From assembly GCA_963740085.1 (NCBI GenBank), contig CAVUCU010000001.1:608001-672000 (forward strand): a DNA stretch of 64,000 nt, in the 5' to 3' direction. The notes under the pieces were generated by a model. That model was not told the DNA's origin. It saw nothing but the letters and a program-made list of their open reading frames with translations, and did not search any database. The DNA comes from Nitrospirota bacterium. Its GTDB lineage: Bacteria > Nitrospirota > UBA9217. A program made the translations under genes and the position numbers. Below, in pieces: positions 9,662-18,798 of this stretch. Every line of letters begins with the position of its first letter. Positions within the stretch are counted from its first letter, which is position 1.

Positions 9662-10183
9662 CTAGTCCTGACCATCAACGATAATACGCGCCTGCTGCAA
9701 GAGCCTGAAGGTCATGTTGGTAGCTTCCTTCGCCTTGAGCTCGTAGATCTTTTCCCGGCACGTCATGTAGATATCGAAGGAGAAAAGGGCCAGATCGTCG
9801 ATTGCCGAATCAAAGGACGCCAGTTCCTCGATCATCCGTTGCTGCTGCAAGACTTCGCTCCCGAGCTCCTGACGCACGATCCGCTTGAGCTGGAAGATGA
9901 AGGTGACCGCCTCGGACGGCGAAAACTCCTGGATCGCCCGGATCCTGACAATTCCGTCAAGATGCGTCTTAACGGTATCAGGGATCATCCCCTGCAGCAG
10001 CGCATCGAACAGGCCGTCCAGTCCCTCTGCGAGGGTGTAGCCTACCGGGTTCGCGAACTGTGCCTTTTTCTTCTTCAAAAAACCGGAGGTATTCTCCGGG
10101 TACGTGTCCGCGACCGCATCGAACCATTTCTTCAGGATCGCGGGTTTCTTTTTCATCAAATGCTGTTTGAGGTCCATGTTCAT
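9662..10183 (-). CDS. dsrT: DsrT (RsbRD N-terminal-like)
   Basis: W...YP...FLKK...FANPVG, IRAIQEFSPSEAV, FDIYMTCREKIYEL; directly upstream of dsrM; start approximate. Confidence 0.88.
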   Translation of the reverse strand: MNMDLKQHLMKKKPAILKKWFDAVADTYPENTSGFLKKKKAQFANPVGYTLAEGLDGLFDALLQGMIPDTVKTHLDGIVRIRAIQEFSPSEAVTFIFQLKRIVRQELGSEVLQQQRMIEELASFDSAIDDLALFSFDIYMTCREKIYELKAKEATNMTFRLLQQARIIVDGQD

Positions 10184-10243
10184 CATCAATGACCAATCCG
10201 GGGAAAATAGGACCCTGCAGCAATCGCCGCAGGGCTTCATCTG

Positions 10244-10660
10244 TTAGAAGAACAGCAGGTGCTTCACCGACTCCATCTCCTTCTGAATATCCGCGAAAGA
10301 AACGAACTTGGTGCTGATGTCCGCGCCGCCGATATCATCGGCGTCTTTGATCATCTGGTCCTCTTTCAGGCCGAGGCGCTCCATGTCCTCCTTGCAGACC
10401 CAGATCGGCACATCCACCTGAAGGGAACTCTTGATGTGGCTTTCGGTGCTGGTCACTCCGTAGATCTTCATGGCCGGCTGGTTTTTCACCGCGTTCAGAA
10501 CACCGTCGCCGACGAACACAACGGTCGGGACGACTGAATCGCCTTCATCCATGTAGATCTCAGCGGTCTGGCTTGAGATCGCATGGGTGAGCGCCAGGCG
10601 GGGGTTCTCGCTCTTGTAGGGTGGTCTCTGAACAACGAACAGTAATTTTACGGCGCCCAT
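10244..10660 (-). CDS. DsrF/TusC-like sulfur-relay protein
   Basis: LLFVVQRPPY, VFVGDGV, VCKEDMERLGL match the DsrE/F fold; coupled to the dsrE-like gene. Confidence 0.7.
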   Translation of the reverse strand: MGAVKLLFVVQRPPYKSENPRLALTHAISSQTAEIYMDEGDSVVPTVVFVGDGVLNAVKNQPAMKIYGVTSTESHIKSSLQVDVPIWVCKEDMERLGLKEDQMIKDADDIGGADISTKFVSFADIQKEMESVKHLLFF

Positions 10661-11020
10661 TTACTCACCTCCGATATGAAGCAACTTGTCGGTCTTGACG
10701 GTCTTTGCCAGGTACCAGTCCATGCTGGCGCGTTTCATCCCTGCGGGGACATCTTCCTTGTGATATCCCCGGGCCTCGGCGCACGCCTCGCACACGGTGA
10801 TCTCCATGCCCTTGCCGATCAGCTCCATCATCTTTTTTTCATTATGCGAATAATCCTTGAACGGCTTTTGCCCCTTCTTGGCCATCATCACCGCGTTGCC
10901 GGACAGCCACATATTGACCTTGTGGCCCTTTGCGATCGCGGCCTCGGCAAGCCTGAACGAAAAGTCAAGTGACATCGAGCCGACCAGCGAGGGGAACACT
11001 CCCAGTGTTAATTCTCCCAT
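10661..11020 (-). CDS. DsrE/TusD-like sulfurtransferase
   Basis: AEAAIAKGHKV.MWL.GNAV and VCEACAEARG (Cys at the DsrE active-site position); RBS GGAGGAG supports start at 11020. Confidence 0.78.
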   Translation of the reverse strand: MGELTLGVFPSLVGSMSLDFSFRLAEAAIAKGHKVNMWLSGNAVMMAKKGQKPFKDYSHNEKKMMELIGKGMEITVCEACAEARGYHKEDVPAGMKRASMDWYLAKTVKTDKLLHIGGE

Positions 11021-11046
11021 AATCTCCTCCTTCGTTAATGCAGACA

Positions 11047-11142
11047 CGAAATCCGAATGCCTGAATCCTAAACAAATCGATACTGACTTTTAATTTGAGA
11101 CTTTGATATTGTTTGGGATTTCGAATTTCGATATTAGAATTT
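11047..11142. repeat. Gene-less inverted array of degenerate 7-mers
   Basis: cgaaatc cgaatgc ctgaatc ctaaaca ... tttggga tttcgaa tttcgat attagaa; the arms are reverse-complementary. Confidence 0.6.
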
Positions 11143-11147
11143 GTCCC

Positions 11148-11447
11148 TTACAGCCAGGCCGTCTTCTCATAGTCGTTCATAATGAGATCGACTATATCAC
11201 CGTAGCTGATGACCTTCACCTTGGCGTTCACATTCGCCGCGGTATACCCTCTGATCTCAAGATCATCGGCCAAAACGTAGTAACTTGCTCCTGCCTTGGA
11301 AAGCACGGATGAATCTTTGCCATTCTCCTTGACCACGGCATGATAAACGCCGTTGCCAACGAGGACCACCCCCATTTTGTCGGCCTTCAATCGTTCAAAG
11401 CTGTCTTCGGTCCTTCTCCAGTCGCTTAGAAATACTGCTAATTTCAT
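11148..11447 (-). CDS. DsrH/TusB-like protein
   Basis: LVGNGVY, YVLADDLEIRG, ISYGDIVDL...W pattern; RBS GGGAGGTG supports start at 11447. Confidence 0.75.
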   Translation of the reverse strand: MKLAVFLSDWRRTEDSFERLKADKMGVVLVGNGVYHAVVKENGKDSSVLSKAGASYYVLADDLEIRGYTAANVNAKVKVISYGDIVDLIMNDYEKTAWL

Positions 11448-11477
11448 CGTATCACCTCCCTGAGACATCATGAAAAT

Positions 11478-11511
11478 AAAAAACAGGGGATAAGTTATTC
11501 AATTATCCCCT
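11478..11511 (-). terminator. Terminator after ferredoxin copy 2
   Basis: aggggataa-gttattcaa-ttatcccct stem plus T-run. Confidence 0.7.
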
Positions 11512-11533
11512 TCGGTTGACGTCTGCTATCGCA

Positions 11534-11719
11534 TTAGATCTCGGTCACCGTGATCGCCTGCTGCGGGCAGTTCTCCACGCAGGTCAGGCAGTTGATGCAC
11601 TCGGACATGTTCACCGGCTCGGACTTGCCGTTCTCCAGTTTGAACACCTGCTGGGGGCAGGCATCCACACAAACGCCGTCGCCGTCGCACTTTGCCTTGT
11701 CCACTGTTACCATATACAT
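11534..11719 (-). CDS. Dicluster ferredoxin, 7Fe type (61 aa), copy 2
   Basis: CDGDGVCVDACP and CINCLTCVENCP; near-identical to 4093-4278. Confidence 0.9.
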   Translation of the reverse strand: MYMVTVDKAKCDGDGVCVDACPQQVFKLENGKSEPVNMSECINCLTCVENCPQQAITVTEI

Positions 11720-11889
11720 GATTACGCGTACCTCCTTCTGTCAAGTCATACTGCACTCTTCGGCGCACCCTGATCCTTCGTTGGACGGAAACACCCGGCG
11801 CGTCACACGTGGTCGCGGCCTTCCGCGCACGGACAGTATGCGAACGTCACGCGGTGCCAGCACGTCGCGAAACAAAAAAACGGATCTGA

Positions 11890-12225
11890 CTAAACGCAGC
11901 CTGTCGGCTTCGGCAGACCGGCGATCTTGCACGCCTGCTTTGCCGGGCCGCCCGGATACAGCTCATAGAGATACTTGGTGTTGCCCTTGTCAGCCCCGAG
12001 CTTTTTGCCGATCTCTTTGACCAGGATCTTGATCATCGGCGCGATCTGATACTGTTTGTAGTATTCGCGGAGGAAATTCACGACTTCCCAGTGCTGTTCG
12101 GTCATATCGATACCCTCGACCTGCGCGAAGTAATTCGCCACATCCATATTCCAGTCATCCAGGTTCGCTAAAAAGCCATCCTCGTCCACTTCGATCGTCT
12201 TTCCTTTTACGTCAACTGTTGCCAT
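11890..12225 (-). CDS. dsrC: DsrC sulfur carrier
   Basis: DEDGFL, HWEVV.FLREYY, C-terminal GPAKQACKIAGLPKPTGCV with both Cys (CX10C). Confidence 0.96.
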   Translation of the reverse strand: MATVDVKGKTIEVDEDGFLANLDDWNMDVANYFAQVEGIDMTEQHWEVVNFLREYYKQYQIAPMIKILVKEIGKKLGADKGNTKYLYELYPGGPAKQACKIAGLPKPTGCV

Positions 12226-12333
12226 TGTTGTTTCCCCTTTCGTTCATTAAAATATTCGGGCGCTGCATCAGCGTCCGTCTCTTTATCATTGCCGGTTCAG
12301 CAACCGGCAGTTACGCGTTTATCCCGACAATCG

Positions 12334-12696
12334 CTATTGTTTCTTTTTTACTTTAATAAAATATAAGCGGCCATGGCGATCCATGAAGCTCCTTGGCTCT
12401 CCTGATGACCGGTGTGTCCTCCAATCATAACTCAGGATCACATCATCATAATCTTCCCCGGCGATCATATCCGAGGCCTCTTTGGAAAGCTCCCGGCTTG
12501 CAAGATCAAGGGCCTGCAACATCACTTCCCCCACGTTCCTGCTCGTGGGATCAACGATATACAGAGCGCCACACGAACCGCATTTGCCGCCGAGGATCCG
12601 CTCCATCGGGCTTATCTTGATCTCGGCCGGCCGTGCGAACCTGCTGCGGCAAAACGGACAGACCGGCTCGACACCTTCCCTTGCTTCTGTCCTCAA
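12334..12696 (-). CDS. Hypothetical zinc-ribbon-like protein inside the dsr cluster
   Basis: CPFC...CGSC pair; co-oriented between dsrN and dsrC. Confidence 0.65.
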   Translation of the reverse strand: MRTEAREGVEPVCPFCRSRFARPAEIKISPMERILGGKCGSCGALYIVDPTSRNVGEVMLQALDLASRELSKEASDMIAGEDYDDVILSYDWRTHRSSGEPRSFMDRHGRLYFIKVKKKQ

Positions 12697-12711
12697 ATGG
12701 AAACCCGCCTC

Positions 12712-14109
12712 CTACGCCGCCTGCCTGCTTTTCCGGTATTCGTGGGCCTTTTTAACCAGAGCCTCGGACCACTCCGGCGTACCGAGCGCATGGAGATGAG
12801 TGTACGCGGCAAGCACATTTTTATACACTATCCCGTCGCTCTTGCCGTCTATCCCGTGACCGCGGGTCATATGATACGCCATCGGTTGCAGCTCGGCACC
12901 GATCACCGGACGGGAATAGTGGAATTCATGGCCTTTTATTATAACACCCTTGTCAAGGAACGGACTTTCGATCCCTGTTTCCAAAACAGTATACCCATGC
13001 GCCTGCGGCCTTTTTTCGAGAACAAAGTCGATCGGCAGAACCGACGTCATGGGATAGCTCTTTTCATTGACCGTCAGGCTCCTGCCGAGATAAATAAGAC
13101 CGCCGCACTCGGCATATATGGGAAGCCCGTCTTCTGCCGCGGCCTTGACCGATCTGCAAAAATTTTCGTTCGCGGCCAATTCCGCGGCCTGCGTCTCGGG
13201 AAAGCCTCCGCCTATATAAAGGGCGTCTATATCAGGGAGCGACCTGTCATGAAGTGCGTTGATCTCCCTGAGGAAGGCTCCGTGCTGTTCAAGCGCCTCC
13301 AAATTATCAGGATAGTAGAACTGAAACGCGGTATCCCTGATAACTCCGATCACTGCGCGTTCTTTTTCTCCCGAAAACCGGTCCGGAGAAACAACGGCTG
13401 CCGGGACATCCAGTTCCGGCGCATCACAGATGATCTCCCATAACCCGGGGAGATCAAGATATTTTTCCGCTGCTGCTGCTGAAGCGCTGATCGCCTGATC
13501 GACTTCAGGATGCTCATGGAACGGTGTGAGACCCATGTGACGTTCGGGGAATTCACCGTTCCTCTGCCGGGGCATCGCGCCGACGACCGCAATGCCGCTG
13601 CTCTGTTCAATGGACTTCCTGATCACCGACTCGTGCCTGCCGGGCGATACATTGTTCAGAATGATCCCCCTGATGTCGACTTCGGGATCATACGTCCGGC
13701 ATCCCAGGACAACGGCCCCGATGGTGCTTGAGGCCTTGGTGCAATCCACGATAAGGAGGACAGGCGTTTTGAGCAGTTTTGCTAATCGCGCCGTGCTGTA
13801 GCGCCCGGATTCGTCAATGCCGTCAAAGAGGCCCCGGTTGCCCTCGATCAATGCCGCATCAGCGCCATTGGTATGCTGCTGAAAAGAGCGGAGGATGCTT
13901 TCTCCCTCCATCATGAAGAGATCCAGATTGTAGCACGGCCTGCCTGCCGCCTTACCAAGCCATCCCGCGTCAATAAAATCAGGGCCTTTTTTAAAGACCG
14001 CTACCTGTCTGCCCTGTCTGCGCCACGCAGCGGTGATGCCGATCGCGATGGTAGTCTTGCCCAGTCCCCCCCGTGTTGCGGAAACGACCAGCCTCGGGAT
14101 CTTCCGCAT
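12712..14109 (-). CDS. dsrN: DsrN, cobyrinate a,c-diamide synthase-like siroheme amidase
   Basis: GGLGKTT, KKGPDFID, IEGNRGLFDG, GGGFPE, YAECGG, GHEFHYS; follows dsrD. Confidence 0.88.
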   Translation of the reverse strand: MRKIPRLVVSATRGGLGKTTIAIGITAAWRRQGRQVAVFKKGPDFIDAGWLGKAAGRPCYNLDLFMMEGESILRSFQQHTNGADAALIEGNRGLFDGIDESGRYSTARLAKLLKTPVLLIVDCTKASSTIGAVVLGCRTYDPEVDIRGIILNNVSPGRHESVIRKSIEQSSGIAVVGAMPRQRNGEFPERHMGLTPFHEHPEVDQAISASAAAAEKYLDLPGLWEIICDAPELDVPAAVVSPDRFSGEKERAVIGVIRDTAFQFYYPDNLEALEQHGAFLREINALHDRSLPDIDALYIGGGFPETQAAELAANENFCRSVKAAAEDGLPIYAECGGLIYLGRSLTVNEKSYPMTSVLPIDFVLEKRPQAHGYTVLETGIESPFLDKGVIIKGHEFHYSRPVIGAELQPMAYHMTRGHGIDGKSDGIVYKNVLAAYTHLHALGTPEWSEALVKKAHEYRKSRQAA

Positions 14110-14116
14110 GAGCGCG

Positions 14117-14353
14117 TTATGATTGAGGATTGGCCGAACCTTCCGTGTGCGGGATCTCAACAGCCGTGCCGCCGAAATACGAGTACACCAGCTTGCCGCC
14201 GTCAATGAGCACACGAAGCGCCGCTTTTGTCTCGGCCTGGGTCGCGCCTTCAGCCTCCATGGCGTTGCTGATGTCCTTGGGCTTCAGTTTCTTTTTCCCC
14301 TGGCTCTTCTCCACCAGGGCATACACTTTTTTCTGCAGTTCTTCGGCATCCAT
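14117..14353 (-). CDS. dsrD: DsrD (small winged-helix protein)
   Basis: About 78 aa, Lys-rich KSQGKKKLKPKD...L.DGGKLVYSYFGG, directly after dsrB; divergent from Desulfovibrio DsrD, so the call leans on synteny. Confidence 0.78.
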   Translation of the reverse strand: MDAEELQKKVYALVEKSQGKKKLKPKDISNAMEAEGATQAETKAALRVLIDGGKLVYSYFGGTAVEIPHTEGSANPQS

Positions 14354-14387
14354 ATTCATCCCCTCCATTAGGTTGTTCAGGTCATAG

Positions 14388-14420
14388 AAAAACCGGCCCC
14401 TGTATCTTCCCGGGGCCGGT
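14388..14420 (-). terminator. Hairpin/terminator between dsrB and dsrD
   Basis: accggcccc-N-ggggccggt stem followed by TTTTT on the minus strand. Confidence 0.65.
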
Positions 14421-14434
14421 ATGACAGTATCCTG

Positions 14435-15508
14435 CTATTCCCACTTGAAGGTCGGGGTCATTCTGAACGTGTCACGCGCAAAGGTGAAGTCATCGATGTG
14501 CTGATACGTGAACGGTATCCCGGTCAACTTGAAGAAACGCTCCCAGCCGATACGCTCGATCCACTCGCCCACGCGCTCGTGCATATGCGCATCCTTGGCA
14601 TAGACCTCGACCAGGTGCTTCACTGCCTGCACGACCTCGGGCCAGCGCGGCGGATTGTTGGGGAGGAACGGGATGGCCAGCTTGGACATGCGGGGAACGC
14701 CGCGTGCGTTCGAAACTTTGCCACCCACATAGATGGAGATACCGTCGCCGTGCGCATCTGCGAGCGGCATCGCGGGACACATGGTGTAGCAGTTGCCGCA
14801 GTACATGCAGCGCTCTTCCTTGATCTTCACCGACTTTGCAGCCGGGTTCGGGGCAATAGCGCCGGTCGGGCAGGATGCGATGGTCGTGGGGATCTCGCAC
14901 TGATTGCCTATCAAGGACTCGTTCACCTTCGGCGGCTTGCGATGAATGCCGAGGATGGAAATATCGGAGCAGTGTACCGCTCCGCACATATTCAGACAGC
15001 AGGCGAGCGCGATCCTGACCCTCGCCGGAAGCGTCTTCGTGGTAAAGTACTCGTGGAGCTCATCCATCACGGCCTTCACGACTCCCGAGGCGTCAGTGGC
15101 CGGCGTGTGACAATGGACCCAGCCCTGGGTGTGCACTACGTTGCTGATGCCGTACCCGATGCCGCCGACCAGATGGCCGCGTTTCTTGAGTTCTGCCTGG
15201 AGAGGATCTAAATTAGCCTTGTCCGGGAAGAACTCGACGTTGTTCCGCGTGGTGAAGCGAAGATGTCCGCCGCTGAACTTCTCGGCAAGATCGCATATTT
15301 CGCGGATAAAATCGGTGCTCACCAGACGGGGTGATGCCATACGCACGGTATAGAGTTCGTCGCCGGTCTCGGAAACGTGCTTCATGGCGCCCTTATTGAT
15401 TATTTCGTGGTACTTCCATTTCCCGTAGTTCTTCGTGATCACGGGAGGCAAAAATTTGCTAAAGTGAGGAGCTCCAATATCGGTTATTCTCTTCGGTTTG
15501 TCAGCCAT
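14435..15508 (-). CDS. dsrB: Dissimilatory sulfite reductase beta subunit
   Basis: [57 protein letters not shown]. Confidence 0.97.
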   Translation of the reverse strand: MADKPKRITDIGAPHFSKFLPPVITKNYGKWKYHEIINKGAMKHVSETGDELYTVRMASPRLVSTDFIREICDLAEKFSGGHLRFTTRNNVEFFPDKANLDPLQAELKKRGHLVGGIGYGISNVVHTQGWVHCHTPATDASGVVKAVMDELHEYFTTKTLPARVRIALACCLNMCGAVHCSDISILGIHRKPPKVNESLIGNQCEIPTTIASCPTGAIAPNPAAKSVKIKEERCMYCGNCYTMCPAMPLADAHGDGISIYVGGKVSNARGVPRMSKLAIPFLPNNPPRWPEVVQAVKHLVEVYAKDAHMHERVGEWIERIGWERFFKLTGIPFTYQHIDDFTFARDTFRMTPTFKWE

Positions 15509-15528
15509 TCTAAGTTATCCTCCTTAAG

Positions 15529-16707
15529 TTATTTCACGTCTTCCGCGGACCAGAATACGTACGGGTTCGACCTGGGGGCTTTCACCATCTGCGCCACGGG
15601 CGGCAGACCGGTTGATTCGAGCATGGACCGCATTCCCATGCGGTCGACGAGTTCGCCGATACGCTCGCGGTTCTTGCCGTGCTCATCCCACCACTCCCAC
15701 AACTTGCGAATGAGGTCTTCCAGGTTATCGTACGGTTTCTCGAGCTTCATGAAGGGGACAATGACCCAGCTCATGAGAGCGCCGGTCACGATCGGGGCCT
15801 TGCCGCCGAGCATGATCGTCGCGCCTTTTTCCTTGCCCGGGCGCAGCGCCTTTGGCATCCGGTTGATGCAGTTCATGCAGCGGCTGCAATCCTTCCCGTT
15901 GATCTTGAGCGCGGAGCCATCAAAGCTCATGCACTTGGTCGGACACATATCGATGACCTCGGACTGGATGTTCATTTCCGAGGCATACTTCTTCACCTCT
16001 GCCTGATCGATCCGGATGGAGTCTCTCCAGGTGCCGATGATGGACATGTCGGCGCGGGCGATCGCAGCGACGCAGTCGTTGGCGCAACCGGCAACCTTGA
16101 TCTTGAACTTGTAAGGGAACGCGGGACGATGAAGCTCATCCTGGAACTTATGCGTGAGGACGTCGCAGATTTCCATCGTGTCTATGTTGGCAAATTCGCA
16201 ACGGGACATACCCGCGCAGCAGCTCGGGGTACGGAGGCAGGAGCCGGAACCGCCGAGGTCCCAGCCCTTTGCAGTTGTTTCCGCGAAGATGGCCTCAAGC
16301 TTATCGGTCTGGGTGCCGAGGAGGACCAGGTCGCCCGTCGAACCATGCATGTTGGTCAGGCCGCTTCCATATTTGTCCCATATGTCCATCAGTTCACGAA
16401 GTGCGCTGGAAGTGTAATAGAAACCGGAAGGCTGATTAATACGGACGGTGTGAAAGTGCGCGACTCCCGGGTATTCCTCGGGCAGATCGCAGTAGCGGCC
16501 GATGACGCCGCCGCCGTAACCGAGCACGCCCACGATGCCGCCGTGCTTCCAGTGGGTAACCTTATCACGGTATGATCGCTCAAGGATGTTAAGCAGATCT
16601 TTTGCCGTATTACTTTTCACGGCAGCCTTCTTGATCTCTTTCACGAAACTAGGCCATGCGCCCTTTTCCAGATCGTCAAGCATTGGTGTCTTGCCATCTT
16701 TGCTCAT
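15529..16707 (-). CDS. dsrA: Dissimilatory sulfite reductase alpha subunit
   Basis: TPMLDDLEKG.WPSFV, THWKHGGIVGVLGYGGGVIGRY, siroheme motif CCAGMSRC...GCANDC. Confidence 0.97.
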   Translation of the reverse strand: MSKDGKTPMLDDLEKGAWPSFVKEIKKAAVKSNTAKDLLNILERSYRDKVTHWKHGGIVGVLGYGGGVIGRYCDLPEEYPGVAHFHTVRINQPSGFYYTSSALRELMDIWDKYGSGLTNMHGSTGDLVLLGTQTDKLEAIFAETTAKGWDLGGSGSCLRTPSCCAGMSRCEFANIDTMEICDVLTHKFQDELHRPAFPYKFKIKVAGCANDCVAAIARADMSIIGTWRDSIRIDQAEVKKYASEMNIQSEVIDMCPTKCMSFDGSALKINGKDCSRCMNCINRMPKALRPGKEKGATIMLGGKAPIVTGALMSWVIVPFMKLEKPYDNLEDLIRKLWEWWDEHGKNRERIGELVDRMGMRSMLESTGLPPVAQMVKAPRSNPYVFWSAEDVK

Positions 16708-16971
16708 TTAGGAAATCCTCCTTATAGAATTTTCTGGCTAACTTAAAGATTCGTTCAAAGTCATCGGATCGGAACCATGCTTCAATAAAACGGAATACGC
16801 TCAGCGGAATCCATAACGCTCTGCAACCTGCGGGATACGGTTTATGTTATTCGGAGTGATGTCCCCCTTTCAAAATAAAATGAAAAAAAATAGTGCGAAC
16901 CTGATGGATTGATATGGAAATATTATCGTTCAAGACTTGACGTGCGACGTATAATAATGTTGAGACATGAG

Positions 16972-17000
16972 ATTGTATGGGTAGTTACTCTTTTAGTCAA
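16972..17000 (-). promoter_or_regulatory. Candidate sigma70 promoter of dsrAB
   Basis: Minus strand TTGACT-17 nt-TACAAT, about 265 nt upstream of the dsrA ATG, in an AT-rich region. Confidence 0.6.
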
Positions 17001-17426
17001 ATAAATAATACTAATTGAACCATAATCGAAAATAATTTGCAATGCTTCGAAGATACTATTTCAATTATTAAGTAGTCTATAGTTGCAATTATGGTTAAAC
17101 TGAAATACTGAGAAGCTGACAATGGATGCAATATGGCGGCCACCAGCATGTTCGCAATAAAAAAAATAAACTATTTAAATAATAAAAAGTTAGACGTCAT
17201 GATAACTTAATCCATAATAGTGTTTTATGGTACAATCACCAAAACATAATATTGATAAAATTACAATAAATTGTTTTTACATAATAATAATGCAAAAGAA
17301 GCATGTTTTGGTCATTTTACCAATATGGTCATCTCCATCGTTCATCCGTGTGTTCATCCGTGCGTTGACTCTGCTGATGAGTTCTGCTACCATGATACTG
17401 CTCTTTCCTCGATTACGGAGAAAAAT

Positions 17427-17843
17427 ATGGTCAAAGCAAAAGTAACCTTGCTGAACAATATGCAGTTTACGGGAACAGCATCGTCAGGTCATACCCTGAT
17501 CATGGATGCGGACGATCAATCAGGCGGTCACAACGCGGGCTTCAGACCCATGGAACTTCTCCTCGTGAGCTTCGGCGGTTGCACGGGTATGGATCTTATC
17601 TCCATTCTCGAGAAGAAGCGGCAGCCGGTCACCGGTCTCGAGATCAATGTCACCGGAGAAAGGTCGGACACGGCTCCGAAGATATACAAAGAGGTCCACA
17701 TTGAATATGTGGTGAAAGGCAGAGATGTGGAAAAGAGGGCCGTCGAACGCGCCATCCACCTCTCGCTGGAAAAGTATTGTTCTGTAGGCGCAACGCTTGC
17801 CAAGGCAGGGACCATCACGCACAGCTACAGGATCGTGGAGTAG
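17427..17843 (+). CDS. OsmC/YhfA-family protein
   Basis: GFRPMELLL...GGCTGMD...SLEKYCSV; RBS GGAG before ATG 17427. Confidence 0.88.
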   Translation: MVKAKVTLLNNMQFTGTASSGHTLIMDADDQSGGHNAGFRPMELLLVSFGGCTGMDLISILEKKRQPVTGLEINVTGERSDTAPKIYKEVHIEYVVKGRDVEKRAVERAIHLSLEKYCSVGATLAKAGTITHSYRIVE

Positions 17844-17912
17844 GTTCCTGTCCCTTTTCCATTTTCAAACTCTGCGCTGAACTCCGAACTATTTTTATGC
17901 CATGACGCCGGC

Positions 17913-18533
17913 TCACCACTCCAGGCTCAGGAGGGCGAGGATGCCCGAGGCGATAATGATGCCGCCGGAGATGAAGTTCACCCAGCGAAGCTGATGGGAG
18001 TGGAACCGTCTGCGGAAAATGCTGAAAATGCCCACCAGGAATACCCACCAAAGCGCCGAACCGAGGAAGACGCCGAGGATAAGGGCGCCCGAGGAAAAAA
18101 AACTTCCCTTCACTCCGGCGAGTCCGAATCCGGCAAAGACCGCAGCAAAGGAGAAGATCGTCATGGGGTTGGTCAAGGTCAGAAAAAAAGTGGAGGAATA
18201 CATGCCGGCGAATTTTTTGAGGGTCTTGGGGTAATCGAGTTTCGCGGCCGGTGCAGCAACCAGCGCCTTAACGCCCAGAAAGCACAAGAGCGACCCGCCC
18301 ACGAGCCTGAGGAGCACGTTGTGGCCGATGAGAAAGTCCGACACAAGTGTCAGGCCGAAAGCAGCCACAAAACCGTAGATGGCGTCGGCCGTCGCCGCGC
18401 CCATACCGGAAAAGAACCCGGCCCTCCTGCCGAACATGAGCGTGCGGCGGGCGCAGAGGATGCCGATGGGGCCGACCGGGGCCGCGATGACGAAACCAAT
18501 AATGAGTCCTTTGAGAAAAAAAGTCGTTTCCAT
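17913..18533 (-). CDS. LysE-family translocator
   Basis: IAAPVGP, G.G.ATAD, LTLTNP, GVFLGS..WW; about 6 TM helices. Confidence 0.9.
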   Translation of the reverse strand: METTFFLKGLIIGFVIAAPVGPIGILCARRTLMFGRRAGFFSGMGAATADAIYGFVAAFGLTLVSDFLIGHNVLLRLVGGSLLCFLGVKALVAAPAAKLDYPKTLKKFAGMYSSTFFLTLTNPMTIFSFAAVFAGFGLAGVKGSFFSSGALILGVFLGSALWWVFLVGIFSIFRRRFHSHQLRWVNFISGGIIIASGILALLSLEW

Positions 18534-18798
18534 ACCGAAAAAGTTGGGACTATTCTACCCTGCGGCAGTTACTTTGACAACGGAATTTTCCACATTCCCC
18601 AAAGGATGCATCTCAATCAGTTGATCTCAGGCCATCAGAGAGTGCGGGACCGTCATCGGGTCAAGGACCAATAAGCGATTCACAGGCTCTCCGGTCAAAA
18701 GTGAAGCATTCAAGCACTGAACCTGCCGTGTGATCCGGCAGTACTCTTATACAGTCTCTTAACGGCTCAGTGAAGTGAAACTACTTCGGGACGAAGTC

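Noticed and set aside
12412-13443. 343-aa plus-strand ORF
   Set aside because: Antisense to dsrN; no recognisable features
17271-17426. N-terminal extension of the OsmC ORF and short catccgtg repeat
   Set aside because: RBS and homology support the start at 17427; the repeat has only two units
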